A stretch of 64,000 bases of DNA from Candidatus Heimdallarchaeota archaeon (GTDB taxonomy: Archaea > Asgardarchaeota > Heimdallarchaeia > Heimdallarchaeales > Heimdallarchaeaceae): contig DXJF01000104.1 of assembly GCA_019057375.1 (NCBI GenBank), positions 1 to 64,000 on the forward strand, read 5' to 3'. A program made the translations under genes and the position numbers. Under the pieces are notes generated by a model, which searched no databases, was not told where the DNA came from, and saw only the letters and a program-made list of their open reading frames with translations. Shown here piece by piece: positions 34,957-45,246 of this stretch (positions are counted from its first letter, which is position 1; each line of letters starts with the position of its first letter).

Positions 34957-35756
34957 AAATAGTAATACTAGTTAAACAAGTTCCAGAAGCTGATAAAGTT
35001 GCTGTTGATCCTGAAACAGGAACACTCATTCGAGAAGGCGTTGCTTCCATCTTAAATCCATATTGTGAGTATGCCTTGGATCAAGCTGCTAAATTAAAGA
35101 AAGACAATCCTGAATTAAAAATCGAGGTTACTGCAATAAGCATGGGACCACCTCAAGCAAAAATAGCTTTGCTACGATGTTTGGAATTAGGTGCTGATAA
35201 AGCTTATCTGTTATCTGACAGAAAATTTGCAGGTTCAGATGTTTGGGCTACATCAACTGCTATTAAAGAAGGCATTGTGGGTTTAGAGCCTAATTTTGAT
35301 TTGATTCTTGCTGGAAAGCAAGCAATTGATGGAGATACAGCTCAAGTACCAGCTGAAACAGCTGAGCAACTAGGAGTACCTCAGATTACTTATGGTGTTG
35401 ATGTAGCAATCAACGACAAAAGGGTTGAAGTAAAACGAGAGACAGAAACAGGATACCAAATTATTTCAACAAAAATGCCTGCTTTAGTAACCATGAGTAA
35501 AGGATCTAACATCAGAAGGGTTCCCTCAATGCAAGATGTTTTAGAGGCAAGAAAAAGACCTCTAAAAGTAGTCTCAGCTGATGATTTGAATATAGAAGAG
35601 AGCAAAGTAGGGCTGAGTGCATCACCCACTCAAGTCGACAAGATCTTTGCACCCCCTTCCAAGTCAGGCGGACAGATCATAGATGGTAGTGATCCGAAAG
35701 CAGCGGCAAGGAAATTATTTGATTATCTAAGGGAGAACAAGTTTCTGAGAGCGTGA
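34953..35756 (+). CDS. etfB: Electron transfer flavoprotein beta subunit
   Basis: VKQVP, SMGPP, DRKFAGSDVWAT, GKQAIDGDTAQV. Confidence 0.92.
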   Translation: MKIVILVKQVPEADKVAVDPETGTLIREGVASILNPYCEYALDQAAKLKKDNPELKIEVTAISMGPPQAKIALLRCLELGADKAYLLSDRKFAGSDVWATSTAIKEGIVGLEPNFDLILAGKQAIDGDTAQVPAETAEQLGVPQITYGVDVAINDKRVEVKRETETGYQIISTKMPALVTMSKGSNIRRVPSMQDVLEARKRPLKVVSADDLNIEESKVGLSASPTQVDKIFAPPSKSGGQIIDGSDPKAAARKLFDYLRENKFLRA

Positions 35757-35761
35757 TATGA

Positions 35762-36976
35762 ATGTTGAATGTAGATATTGAAACATGTATTGGTTGCAAA
35801 ATATGTGAAAGAGTATGTCCATTTGCAGCAATAATTGTGGAACCAGAAACAAAAAAAGCTAAAGTACTTGAAGGATGTACACTTTGTGGAACCTGCGTGG
35901 GAGCTTGTCCTGTAAATGCATTAAGTATTGAGCGAAAAGCTGTTTCAGAAGAAGAAATTGCATTATACAAAAACGTCTTTATCTGGGGAGAGTGGGAGAA
36001 AAAAGAAGATAAAAAAGTCATTAAAAATGTGGTTCTTGAACTACTTGGGAAAGGTAAGGATCTTGCAGAAAAACTTGGTGAGACCTTAGCAGTTGTTCTT
36101 CCTGGAAATGATGTTGGACATTTAGTACCAGAACTTTTTCATCATGGAGCGGATAAAGTATATCTCTGTGAACATGAACTACTAGAAGATTATTCAACTG
36201 ATGGATACACAAGCGTAATTGCAAGCGTAATTGCGTCTGAAAAGCCATCTATTGTTCTTTATGGAGCTACACCTAATGGTAGAGATTTAGCACCTAGAAT
36301 TGCAGGAAGATTAGCTTTAGGTTTAACTGCTGATTGTACTGGTTTAGATATAAATGAATCCAGACAATTAGTCCAAACCCGTCCAGCTTTTGGTGGGAAC
36401 ATTATGGCATCAATACTATCGCCTTATACCAGACCTCAAATGTCATCAGTTAGACCAAATGTGTTTCCTAAACCAGAAGCAGATGTATCCAAAACAGGAG
36501 TTCTTGAAGAAGTTGAAGTTATTCTTAAACAAGTGAGTATAAGAACTAAAATCATAGAAGAAATCGTTTCTCATGAAGAAAGCATCAATATAGAAGAAGC
36601 AAATATTTTGGTTTCTGCAGGTAGAGGAGTAGGTTCCAAAGATAATTTAGAATATATAGAAGAACTAGCTGAAGCCGTAAATGGAACAGTATCTGGATCA
36701 AGGCCACTTGTTGATTTAGGCTGGTTACCGCATCCACAACAAGTAGGACAATCTGGAAAAACTGTTGCTCCTACCTTATACATAGCGTTAGGAATTTCAG
36801 GTGCGGTACAACATCTTGTAGGAATGACTTCTTCAGATACAATAGTTGCAATAAATAAAGATAAAGAAGCTCCAATCTTTGAGGTTGCGGATTTTGGAAT
36901 TGTTGGTGATATCTTCGAGATTATTCCTGAGTTTGTAAAAATAGTTAAAGAGGAACAAGCTAAAGAAATAAATTAA
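35762..36976 (+). CDS. etfA: Electron transfer flavoprotein alpha subunit with N-terminal 2x[4Fe-4S] ferredoxin domain
   Basis: CIGCKICERVCP and CTLCGTCVGACP; GLTADC, RPAFGGN, QVGQSGKTV, GISGAVQH. Confidence 0.92.
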   Translation: MLNVDIETCIGCKICERVCPFAAIIVEPETKKAKVLEGCTLCGTCVGACPVNALSIERKAVSEEEIALYKNVFIWGEWEKKEDKKVIKNVVLELLGKGKDLAEKLGETLAVVLPGNDVGHLVPELFHHGADKVYLCEHELLEDYSTDGYTSVIASVIASEKPSIVLYGATPNGRDLAPRIAGRLALGLTADCTGLDINESRQLVQTRPAFGGNIMASILSPYTRPQMSSVRPNVFPKPEADVSKTGVLEEVEVILKQVSIRTKIIEEIVSHEESINIEEANILVSAGRGVGSKDNLEYIEELAEAVNGTVSGSRPLVDLGWLPHPQQVGQSGKTVAPTLYIALGISGAVQHLVGMTSSDTIVAINKDKEAPIFEVADFGIVGDIFEIIPEFVKIVKEEQAKEIN

Positions 36977-37001
36977 TAGCTGTTTATTTTATTCCTAGAA
37001 T

Positions 37002-38081
37002 TTAGATTCTAGGAGCTTTTTCATAACCCCACTTATCAATTGTCTTTTGCCAGACAGAATAAATTATTTGCTTATCTGCGATAGACATCTCATATTGACT
37101 AGGTTTATATCCAGCAACTGATTCAAGATAAGGTTTAACTCGATCCTTCAGAAGAGCATACCCCTCTAACCCTAAACTTGTATAGATTCGTTCTAACTCA
37201 GAGTAAGGATTTTTGCTTAGTTGCTCAAATTGCACTTCTACTAGATTACCTTTTGGAATCAACTTGATATCCTCATAGTATTTTTCATACATCTCTACAT
37301 GGGTTTCGAATATCAGCTGACGTGCATCATAATCTTGTTTTTGCAGAGCATATATTCTGGAATTATGTTTGTGCAGTTTTAATGTAGAAAAGAAAAGATC
37401 ATAGGGATTACGATAAATATGAATAAACTTTGCATTAGGAAAGAGTTCTAGAATTAGGTTTATGCGAAAGGTATCTACTGGATTCTTTAATATGAGCTGT
37501 TTACCTTTTTCTTTTAAAGTAAGTTTCTTTATTAAGTACACAAACCAACTCTTCCATTCTTCAATATGCTTCTTTGAAACATTTTTTAGAGAAACATATT
37601 TTTTATAATGATTAAGATTATTAGGAAATGCAAACATCATAATTGGGGAATGCATGGAAAGAAACAATAAAGCAAATTCATGCTCGTGAGGCATTTTGGG
37701 AAACATATCAACTTTATCAGTTGGTCTTTTTTTTGGGGTTAAAGGTTTCATTATTGTATGAATCAGTTTAGAACTAGTTAAAAACAAATGAGGAAGACTT
37801 GTTTCTGTTAGAGTAATATAACCAAATTGCTCATCAAATGCTAACAATCTATGCAAATGAGTAGTTCCACTTCGCCAGTGTCCCACAATAAAAACTGGAT
37901 CCTTTGTTATTTCTGTATTCTGTATTTTCTTTCTATATCTAAGACGTTCATGAAGGATAAAAGGACTAAGGACAATATTGATTACAGTTATACCGAATAT
38001 TTTTGGTAGAAATCTTAGCTTTACGTTAAATTTATTGTCATATAATAGCTTCAACCATTCCTTTAAGCTAATCCCAATCAT
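37002..38081 (-). CDS. Sulfotransferase family protein
   Basis: PVFIVGHWRSGTTHLH (5'-PAPS loop), LKNP, HIYRNPY. Confidence 0.85.
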   Translation of the reverse strand: MIGISLKEWLKLLYDNKFNVKLRFLPKIFGITVINIVLSPFILHERLRYRKKIQNTEITKDPVFIVGHWRSGTTHLHRLLAFDEQFGYITLTETSLPHLFLTSSKLIHTIMKPLTPKKRPTDKVDMFPKMPHEHEFALLFLSMHSPIMMFAFPNNLNHYKKYVSLKNVSKKHIEEWKSWFVYLIKKLTLKEKGKQLILKNPVDTFRINLILELFPNAKFIHIYRNPYDLFFSTLKLHKHNSRIYALQKQDYDARQLIFETHVEMYEKYYEDIKLIPKGNLVEVQFEQLSKNPYSELERIYTSLGLEGYALLKDRVKPYLESVAGYKPSQYEMSIADKQIIYSVWQKTIDKWGYEKAPRI

Positions 38082-38156
38082 CAGAACCCTCTTGATACAT
38101 TTTAATTTAATCGTACTTAATAAGAGTTTTATTGCAACACTAATTTAATCAGTGGT

Positions 38157-39899
38157 CTATGCAGTTTGATTAAATTTGTAGATAAAAGCTATTTCATTTA
38201 TTGAATGGTTAAGTACATAATTATAATCATTAAGAGCATCAACAATATAGGGGGTTACATCTCTTTGATAGATGGAAAAAATGATATAATTAAACGTTTC
38301 ATTTTCTATGGCGCAATCTCTTATAATAGGCCTAATTTGAAATGCATCCCATAAATTAATAATTTCATTCAGGGGAATATCTTTGTGAAGATAAAAATAG
38401 GAGTCCATTTTTGATCCTTGAGTAAATAATAAAACACCATTAGAATCTTCCATTTGCCCCACATAACATAGACTTCTCGCTAATGAATCATAAGCTTTCC
38501 AGTCATACATCTGTGAACCCTGATAAGAGGATATAGCTCCCCCTGACACAATCAACATCAAAGCAAATATTGAATATGTATAATTAAACATTCTACTGAT
38601 TTTCGCTGATTCTGTTTTTCTGGTTATTTTTGTGAAGAGTTTTGTGCTATAAGCACTTATCTTGGGAGAAAATACTTGAAATAATAATAAAAGAGAAATT
38701 GCTAAACTTACATGTAAGTAAATGAAACCTAGATGAACGAAACGGAATTCCTTATGGCTAGGGATTGAAAATAAAGAAATGATAATTATTGAAGCAGCTG
38801 GAAAACCACATATATTTCGGAGTAAAATCCAATTCTTCTCTTTACATTTGATATACCTGCAAGTTGTATAAACTAGTGTACCAAACATAACTAAAGCGCA
38901 AAAAACTAGAAAGATTATCAACGGAATATAACTAAATAAACTATCTAGATAGAAGGTTACTGGTTGAACACCATGTGTTGAACTCAAACCCTCTAATATA
39001 TTATATCTGAACCACTGAATAGGTGAAATGAGAAAATCTCCATAAGTTATAAAATCAACCAATCCACCAAAAAGTGCAGCTAAACCCAAACCAAGAAAAT
39101 TACATGCTATTACTTTTATTTTCTTATAAGGAAACTTGAAAACAAGTGTAGCTATCAAACCAACGATAAAATCAATTCGAATGTAGATGATTAAACCAAT
39201 AAAGAATGAAAGTACAATGATTTTCAAATAAGATTTAAAGGATTTTCTCATTTTGAGTTTTCTTTGACTTTCGTCTCCATTCTCCTTCTGAAGCTTTTCC
39301 AATGTTTTCCAGAATGAATTTATTATAAAGAAAAACCAAGGTACAAAGAAAATGTTTGACACAGATCTAAAGGAACTAAACATAAGAAGGGGAGAAAAAA
39401 CTATAATAAGCGCAGATGCACTAGCGAAAACTTTCTTCCCTTTAGTGTATCTTTTTACAAGCACATAAGTGGACGGTGCAAGTAAAGAACCGTTGATTCC
39501 AAGTAGAATCCTGATAAACGGTATCGTGAATCTCCAATAATTCCACCCGAACAGCTTACCCAAGTACATAGGAACAGTGAAAATTATAGGAAACAGAAAC
39601 GATCGAGATTTTGCATAACTCGGAATAACCGGATTTGATTCCTGAAATTCAGGGGGAATTGTTCCGTAATTATATACAATATCATGTGCTATTTCTAAAC
39701 TCTGAAAAATTTCGTCTGGGTGAATTGTGCCCCAAGTACTGAGAGAAAAAGAGATCTGCATTGCAGCTGAAATAATTGTTAAAAGAAGTACAAAACTCAA
39801 TTCCCTTCGGTTTACAAAAAATCTGAAAGTTCTTTTTCCTAATCCATGAAAAGATACAAAAACCTGTTTGAACAGCTTTTTTCTCTTTTCTTGACTCAT
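38157..39899 (-). CDS. GT-C mannosyltransferase, PIG-B/ALG9 (GT22)-like
   Basis: HPDEIFQSLEIAH near the N-terminus and HKEFRF late motif; multi-TM. Confidence 0.75.
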   Translation of the reverse strand: MSQEKRKKLFKQVFVSFHGLGKRTFRFFVNRRELSFVLLLTIISAAMQISFSLSTWGTIHPDEIFQSLEIAHDIVYNYGTIPPEFQESNPVIPSYAKSRSFLFPIIFTVPMYLGKLFGWNYWRFTIPFIRILLGINGSLLAPSTYVLVKRYTKGKKVFASASALIIVFSPLLMFSSFRSVSNIFFVPWFFFIINSFWKTLEKLQKENGDESQRKLKMRKSFKSYLKIIVLSFFIGLIIYIRIDFIVGLIATLVFKFPYKKIKVIACNFLGLGLAALFGGLVDFITYGDFLISPIQWFRYNILEGLSSTHGVQPVTFYLDSLFSYIPLIIFLVFCALVMFGTLVYTTCRYIKCKEKNWILLRNICGFPAASIIIISLFSIPSHKEFRFVHLGFIYLHVSLAISLLLLFQVFSPKISAYSTKLFTKITRKTESAKISRMFNYTYSIFALMLIVSGGAISSYQGSQMYDWKAYDSLARSLCYVGQMEDSNGVLLFTQGSKMDSYFYLHKDIPLNEIINLWDAFQIRPIIRDCAIENETFNYIIFSIYQRDVTPYIVDALNDYNYVLNHSINEIAFIYKFNQTA

Positions 39900-40080
39900 T
39901 CTTTCACCTCAAGAGTTGTCTATCTATATTTGGATGGAAATTGCTTTTCTTCTATTTAGTTTATTTGTAATTTAATAAGGATTCGGGAAAAATCTTGATG
40001 AATCTCCAAAAGTTTATATTTTGGAAAAAGCTTCCTTAGAATTAATTAAATCGAGTTTTCGGTTATTTGGTGAAAAGAAT

Positions 40081-40989
40081 ATGAAAAGAATAAAATTAAA
40101 ACTAACCATTGTGATGGTTTTAGGATTATTAGTTTTAACTAGTATTTCTAAAACAAATACAGTTCAAGGACAAGAGTATACCTATCCTTCTGAGCTGACT
40201 ATTGGAGATTCTTATGAATGGGGAGTTACAGAGCTTACTCTGTTAGGATCAGTAAGCACAAGTTTTCTTAATTATGGAGATGATTCTCTTGAACAAGGGG
40301 ATAAATTCTCGGTAATACTACTAGACAATATTAACAATGTTACAAACGGAACCCCATCAGAGTTACTAAATCCAGCTAATATCTGGGCTGAATTTTATCT
40401 TAATGGTGAATTTAAAACTAATGAAACTGCTCTGATTGGATTGTTAGATCTCGATTGGTTGGGAACAATGACTATAGGTATGGATGATTTCTTCTTATAA
40501 CCTACAACATATGAAAATATAACTGGAGTTTACAATTATTTCGAGATTTTAAATGCTAATTTCCCAAAGTTAACTATCACCACTGATGAAGAAGTAGAAA
40601 GCCACGGGTATTATAGTCACCATACTATGAAAATTACTCAGTCATCTAAACTAACTACAAAATCATGGATTATAAAACTTCAAATCGAAGAGGACGAAAT
40701 AGAGGATGACTTAATCAATCCTTTGGATTGGGAAAAAACTATTGAGAAAACTACAAGGCACATTGAAGCAAGATTCAATATTAAAACAGGCTTGCTAACC
40801 TACTTAGATTATGATTATGCTTGGCATCTTGAAAGAACTGTGGAAGGACCACAAGATATTGATGATAACTCAATTAATCTTCTTATCGAAAGTACAACCC
40901 TTCCTATAGGTGCACCTTTTAATTGGGCATATTCTGTTATTGGCTTGGCTCTAGTAAGTTTAATTATTTACAAACGAAAAAGAAGATAA
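40081..40989 (+). pseudogene. Surface protein with C-terminal TM anchor, interrupted by an in-frame TAA (40498-40500)
   Basis: Frame continues (PTTYENITGVYNYF...) into ORF 40627-40989; signal peptide at 40081, KRKRR tail. Confidence 0.75.
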
Positions 40990-41099
40990 TTTCTTCTTTT
41001 TAACTACTTTTTTAAATTCTGAATTCTTCTAGTAAATGTTATAAGAAGTAAAATTACTATTAGTTCAGAAGATTAATACTCTTGTGAATTAATAAAGAA

Positions 41100-41675
41100 A
41101 ATTCCTGTTAGAGTGTTGATTCTCGCAATCAATGGTGGAGAAGGATTAGGTTTTTATGAGGCTGTAGATAATAAAAATGAATCATTAAAAAATACGTTGA
41201 ACAAATGAGAAAATCGATGCAGGTTGTTAATATAAAAATTACTCGTAAATCCCCATCTAGATATTGGACTAGAGTAACTCATAAACTAGATTTCCCCTCC
41301 ATTCATTAAACCATTTTGGAAAGTGGAAGTATGACAATTCTTCCTATCGTTATTGAAAATGGAGTACAGTATAATAATATTTTTTCCCCTACACCTGACG
41401 CCTTTAGAAAACTATTGAAACAGCTCAAAGAGAGATTTTCCAACATCAATCTGAGGGCGCTTTCATCAAAACCTATTGATTCGTTACAAGAGCTGTTAAC
41501 AGATAAATAATATGAAGCGATTGCATTTGCTTTTCAAAAAGGATACTATGAAATCCCTAGGAAATGTACTTTGGAGGAACTAGCTCTTATATTAAGCACA
41601 AAACGAGTGGCTTAGCAAGAGAGAATAAGAAGAGCTGAACAAAGGATTGTGGTAAATCAACTTGTTTACTCCTGA
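41100..41675 (+). pseudogene. HTH_10 (bacterio-opsin activator-type) regulator, decayed; 5' boundary approximate
   Basis: LLTDK*YEAIAFAFQKGYYEIPRKCTLEELA...VA*QERIRRAE; stops at 41307, 41508, 41613. Confidence 0.75.
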
Positions 41676-42673
41676 ACATCAGTAATCGTTACATCCTTTT
41701 TCGTTTTAAATAAAGGTAAAATTAATCCAGAAATAGCTACTATAATTAATCCTATCCACTGGATTCCTGAGGGTCTCTCAGAGAGAAAAATCACTGCCAG
41801 TATTGTTATTTGAAACAACATAGTATTATTGATTATTGAGATTTCAACAGCTCTCAGTTTCTGCATAGCATGGTTCCAAAGAGTAAAAGCTAAAGCAGTA
41901 TTTACTATGCTTAACCAGAGTATATATCCTACTGAGACGGGGGATAGTCTAGGTATTCCTTCTACAATAAGACCAGAAATTAGTAAAATCATAGATCCTA
42001 TAAACATACTTACTGAAGTGATAACAACTGAACTTACTTCTTTAGATTGGTTTATTGATCTTCCAATAATTGCCGAAAACGCATTTGCTAAAACCCCCAC
42101 AATGACAATTATAAGTCCTAAAATTCTCAAATTAAGTGGAATTGAACCAGAAGAGGATATGAAAAGTTGCATATACCCTGAGACTATGTTAAATTGATTA
42201 CTGATTAATTCAGGACTTAAAAGAAAGTAAAGTAAAGCTCCGCTCAAAGCAACAATAACTAATAGAATTTGTACTATGTTTGACTTCTCCTTTAGAAGTG
42301 TGTTCGCAAAAAAGAGGACAATAATTGGAGTAAAACTAAGTAAGAGACTTACAGTGATAGCAGGAAGATACTGTAAACCAAGAAATTGTGCACCTTGAGT
42401 TATAGAATAAAAAATAACCCCATAAAATACTAGTTTTGACCACCATCTCACGGACAGATTCTTAATTTCATTTCTATATTTTGAAAAAGAAAACACATAG
42501 ATAAGAAGGATAGCTGAGGCAACAAAATATCTCATCCCCGCAAAAATAAGGGGGGGAATCTCCTCAAGACCAAATTTTATTATTGGCCAAGATGATGACC
42601 ACAGGATTGTGACAAAAAATGCTTGAAAGACTGTAAATCCCCGCTTATTTGTCAACCTAGATATTCGATGCAT
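41666..42673 (-). CDS. EamA/DMT family transporter
   Basis: Two EamA-like halves, LWSSSWPIIKFGL, ~10 TM. Confidence 0.9.
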   Translation of the reverse strand: MHRISRLTNKRGFTVFQAFFVTILWSSSWPIIKFGLEEIPPLIFAGMRYFVASAILLIYVFSFSKYRNEIKNLSVRWWSKLVFYGVIFYSITQGAQFLGLQYLPAITVSLLLSFTPIIVLFFANTLLKEKSNIVQILLVIVALSGALLYFLLSPELISNQFNIVSGYMQLFISSSGSIPLNLRILGLIIVIVGVLANAFSAIIGRSINQSKEVSSVVITSVSMFIGSMILLISGLIVEGIPRLSPVSVGYILWLSIVNTALAFTLWNHAMQKLRAVEISIINNTMLFQITILAVIFLSERPSGIQWIGLIIVAISGLILPLFKTKKDVTITDVQE

Positions 42674-42823
42674 ACTTGTTTACACCTATTCACAAACAAT
42701 TAATAGATTACAACCAAATTAAATTTTCCCCGTCATAAGACGGGAATACTAATAGAATGAAAAGGTAAAAGGATAAGAAAAAAAGAAAAATAAAAGCCCA
42801 AGCTCTAAAAGAAGAAATAGAAA

Positions 42824-43252
42824 TTAGGGAATGTATTTGAGAGTTTCAAGAAAATCTATAACTCCAGGAGCACCTTTTTTGATTCCAAATACTCTAAAAG
42901 ATTCGACAGTTTCCTTAACAAGGTCTACATCAATATCCCGTGCAAATCTACAAGCACCAATAGTAAAAATCTTCATTTTTGTTCCAGCTTGAAGATGCTT
43001 TTCAAGAGTATTTCTATTAATATTAGCAACACCAATTGCAAAAAAAGAACCAGGTACGCTGGATTTTTCTTTTGTTATTGTCTCAAATGTAAAGGAATTC
43101 TTCTCAATTTCCTGTTTGATTGATGTTCGAATGAATTCAGTTCGAGTGTTGTAAAAGCCTTGATCTACTAAGTAATCAATCTTTCCAAAATCTACAGCAG
43201 GAAGGTTTATTGTTATCTTTTCATAGTTTTTTTCTGTTTTTTTGTCAGACAT
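42824..43252 (-). CDS. CopG/ribbon-helix-helix transcriptional regulator
   Basis: KITINLP...IDYLVDQGFYNTRTEFIRTSI. Confidence 0.85.
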   Translation of the reverse strand: MSDKKTEKNYEKITINLPAVDFGKIDYLVDQGFYNTRTEFIRTSIKQEIEKNSFTFETITKEKSSVPGSFFAIGVANINRNTLEKHLQAGTKMKIFTIGACRFARDIDVDLVKETVESFRVFGIKKGAPGVIDFLETLKYIP

Positions 43253-43265
43253 AAATACCACCAAA

Positions 43266-43304
43266 GGATGTTCTGTACCATCCTTGTGGATGGGCAGTTA
43301 TAAA
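43266..43304 (-). promoter_or_regulatory. Putative autoregulatory operator of the RHH gene
   Basis: GGATG-N8-CATCC overlapping CCATCC-TTGT-GGATGG between TATA (TTTATAA) and start codon. Confidence 0.5.
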
Positions 43305-43379
43305 TGTTTTGATGTGTGATTTAAGAAAAAGGGAACAAATTTTTCAAAAACGAAGTTTAAAATATTCATATACAGCCCC

Positions 43380-43550
43380 CTACACCTGTAACGATATCAT
43401 CAAGTACAACTATGAATTTATTGCTTCACTTGAGGGGTTAAATTCTGTTGTATACTTCCCAGAAGCAACTGAAGCAAGATTTTCACTCTTTGGTATCTTA
43501 GCATTTGTCGGCATAGATACTTATTATTAATTCAAGCTAGAAGAAGAAAT
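43380..43550 (+). pseudogene. Remnant of the 3' end of an ABC substrate-binding protein gene
   Basis: NDIIKYNY...FSLFGILA resembles the C-terminus of 51297-53228; 23-nt exact inverted match 43393-43415 vs 51430-51452. Confidence 0.65.
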
Positions 43551-43610
43551 AACTTCTTTTTCTTTCCCTTTTTCCTTAATATTTTTAATACATAGAAGCA
43601 ATCAGTACAC

Positions 43611-44123
43611 ATGTATAGTGATTACGTTTCTCGTCATAGTCTCCATAAGGTTGGTGTTGGTGGCTTATGCTATCATGATGGGAAAATTCTATTGATCAAA
43701 TATAACTATGGAATCAATAAGGGAAATTGGAATTTACCTGGCGGTTATGTTGATTTAGGGGAAACACTTTCATCTGCAATTGAACGTGAAGTTCTAGAAG
43801 AAACTGGGGTACACACACAAACTATTGATTTGATAGCGATACGACACATGAATAATGAGAAGAACGACAAGGGGTTAATTTCAGACGTGTACATTGTCTT
43901 CAATCTTCAATTTAAAGGAGGAGAGCCTGTAGCAGATAATGTAGAAATTACAGAAACCGAATTTATTCCTTTTGAAGAAATTAAAAAACATGAACTATCA
44001 AGTTTAAGCAGATATATAATCGAATATAAAATAGGAAAAAAGGGGTTTCCTCTATTAAGTTATGTTCCTGACCGAGAAATCAAAAAGCAATTAAATGTCC
44101 ATAATTACGAATTATATGGCTAA
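43611..44123 (+). CDS. NUDIX hydrolase
   Basis: GGYVDLGETLSSAIEREVLEETG Nudix box. Confidence 0.92.
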   Translation: MYSDYVSRHSLHKVGVGGLCYHDGKILLIKYNYGINKGNWNLPGGYVDLGETLSSAIEREVLEETGVHTQTIDLIAIRHMNNEKNDKGLISDVYIVFNLQFKGGEPVADNVEITETEFIPFEEIKKHELSSLSRYIIEYKIGKKGFPLLSYVPDREIKKQLNVHNYELYG

Positions 44124-44261
44124 TTTCTTTATTTTTTTATTCCCTTATGTTATTATTTTTTACTAGAAATTTTTTCTTCTTCAAAGTTGTAAAAATCTAT
44201 TCAGTTCGAATATTACAGAAGATAAGGCTTTTATTTAAGCTTAACATTCACATTATCACGA

Positions 44262-45197
44262 ATGCAAGAAGACATAGAGGCGGTTCTGGAAAGGCAAACA
44301 GTCTTAGGTAAATTTCTCGATAGGTTAAACTATCGAACACTCCGCCACATATATACATTGATGAGCAGAATGTTATCCTCTATTGATCGCTTTCTAAGTT
44401 CAAATGAAGATAGCATTTATACCTTAAGAACAACCCTGTTGTCTTCTATGTCCATGCTTGCACGAACATTTTATCAAAGCTCATTAGTTGATTATCTTCG
44501 AACAGGAGGTAGAACAGCTACAGATTTTGAAGAAGAGGTAGAAAGAGCCTATTTGAAAGGCATGAATGAACGTGAGATAATCGTTCAAAAAATCGAAAAT
44601 ACGCTAGTTAGAGGAGAGGAGCTACTAGAATTAAAAGAGATTGTCAACAACACTTGGCAGGATATTTATTACAGGACTTCACCTGAATCTACAGCGGATG
44701 AAAATCTCCGAAATAATATGTCCTTAGTAATGGAGAAACAGGATGAATATATAACACTGCATAAATCAAATGTAACAGGATTAGAAAGCCAAGAAATACA
44801 AAAAGATTTGATAAAACAAATAACAGATTTATCATACCATGCAATTGACCTTGGGGATAAAGCACAAATGACTTTGCATGAATTGCTTGATATCTGTATA
44901 TTGCCGCTAGTATCAATCTATGATGATGAATCCTTGAGTGCAGAAAAAATCTTGTCTCAGATTCAGATGCTTGAATCAAAATCTAAAGATGTTCTAAGTG
45001 AGGATGAAATAGGAAAATTGTGTGATGTTCTTTCCTGGGGATTAGATGATATCAACAATTTTGATGATCTTATCAATCTGGGAAAAGAATTAAGAAATGA
45101 ATATGCTTCTTTGCTTTCGGAATTTCTGGTATATTTAGTTGATATTGATCTGGGTATTCAAGAACTTGAATCTTTTATTTTAGAGAGTTCTGAATAG
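44262..45197 (+). CDS. Hypothetical alpha-helical acidic protein
   Basis: 311-aa ORF; no recognised motif. Confidence 0.75.
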   Translation: MQEDIEAVLERQTVLGKFLDRLNYRTLRHIYTLMSRMLSSIDRFLSSNEDSIYTLRTTLLSSMSMLARTFYQSSLVDYLRTGGRTATDFEEEVERAYLKGMNEREIIVQKIENTLVRGEELLELKEIVNNTWQDIYYRTSPESTADENLRNNMSLVMEKQDEYITLHKSNVTGLESQEIQKDLIKQITDLSYHAIDLGDKAQMTLHELLDICILPLVSIYDDESLSAEKILSQIQMLESKSKDVLSEDEIGKLCDVLSWGLDDINNFDDLINLGKELRNEYASLLSEFLVYLVDIDLGIQELESFILESSE

Positions 45198-45246
45198 CAT
45201 ATGACAAAAAGAAGGATTTTTATTAAAATCAAAGAATCATACACTA

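Noticed and set aside
32941-41675. Stop-codon reassignment or readthrough explaining the in-frame TAA/TAG codons
   Set aside because: The expected residues differ (about Y and W in the redoxin, Q and L in the HTH protein), and TAA/TAG end normal genes throughout the window; ordinary nonsense decay fits better
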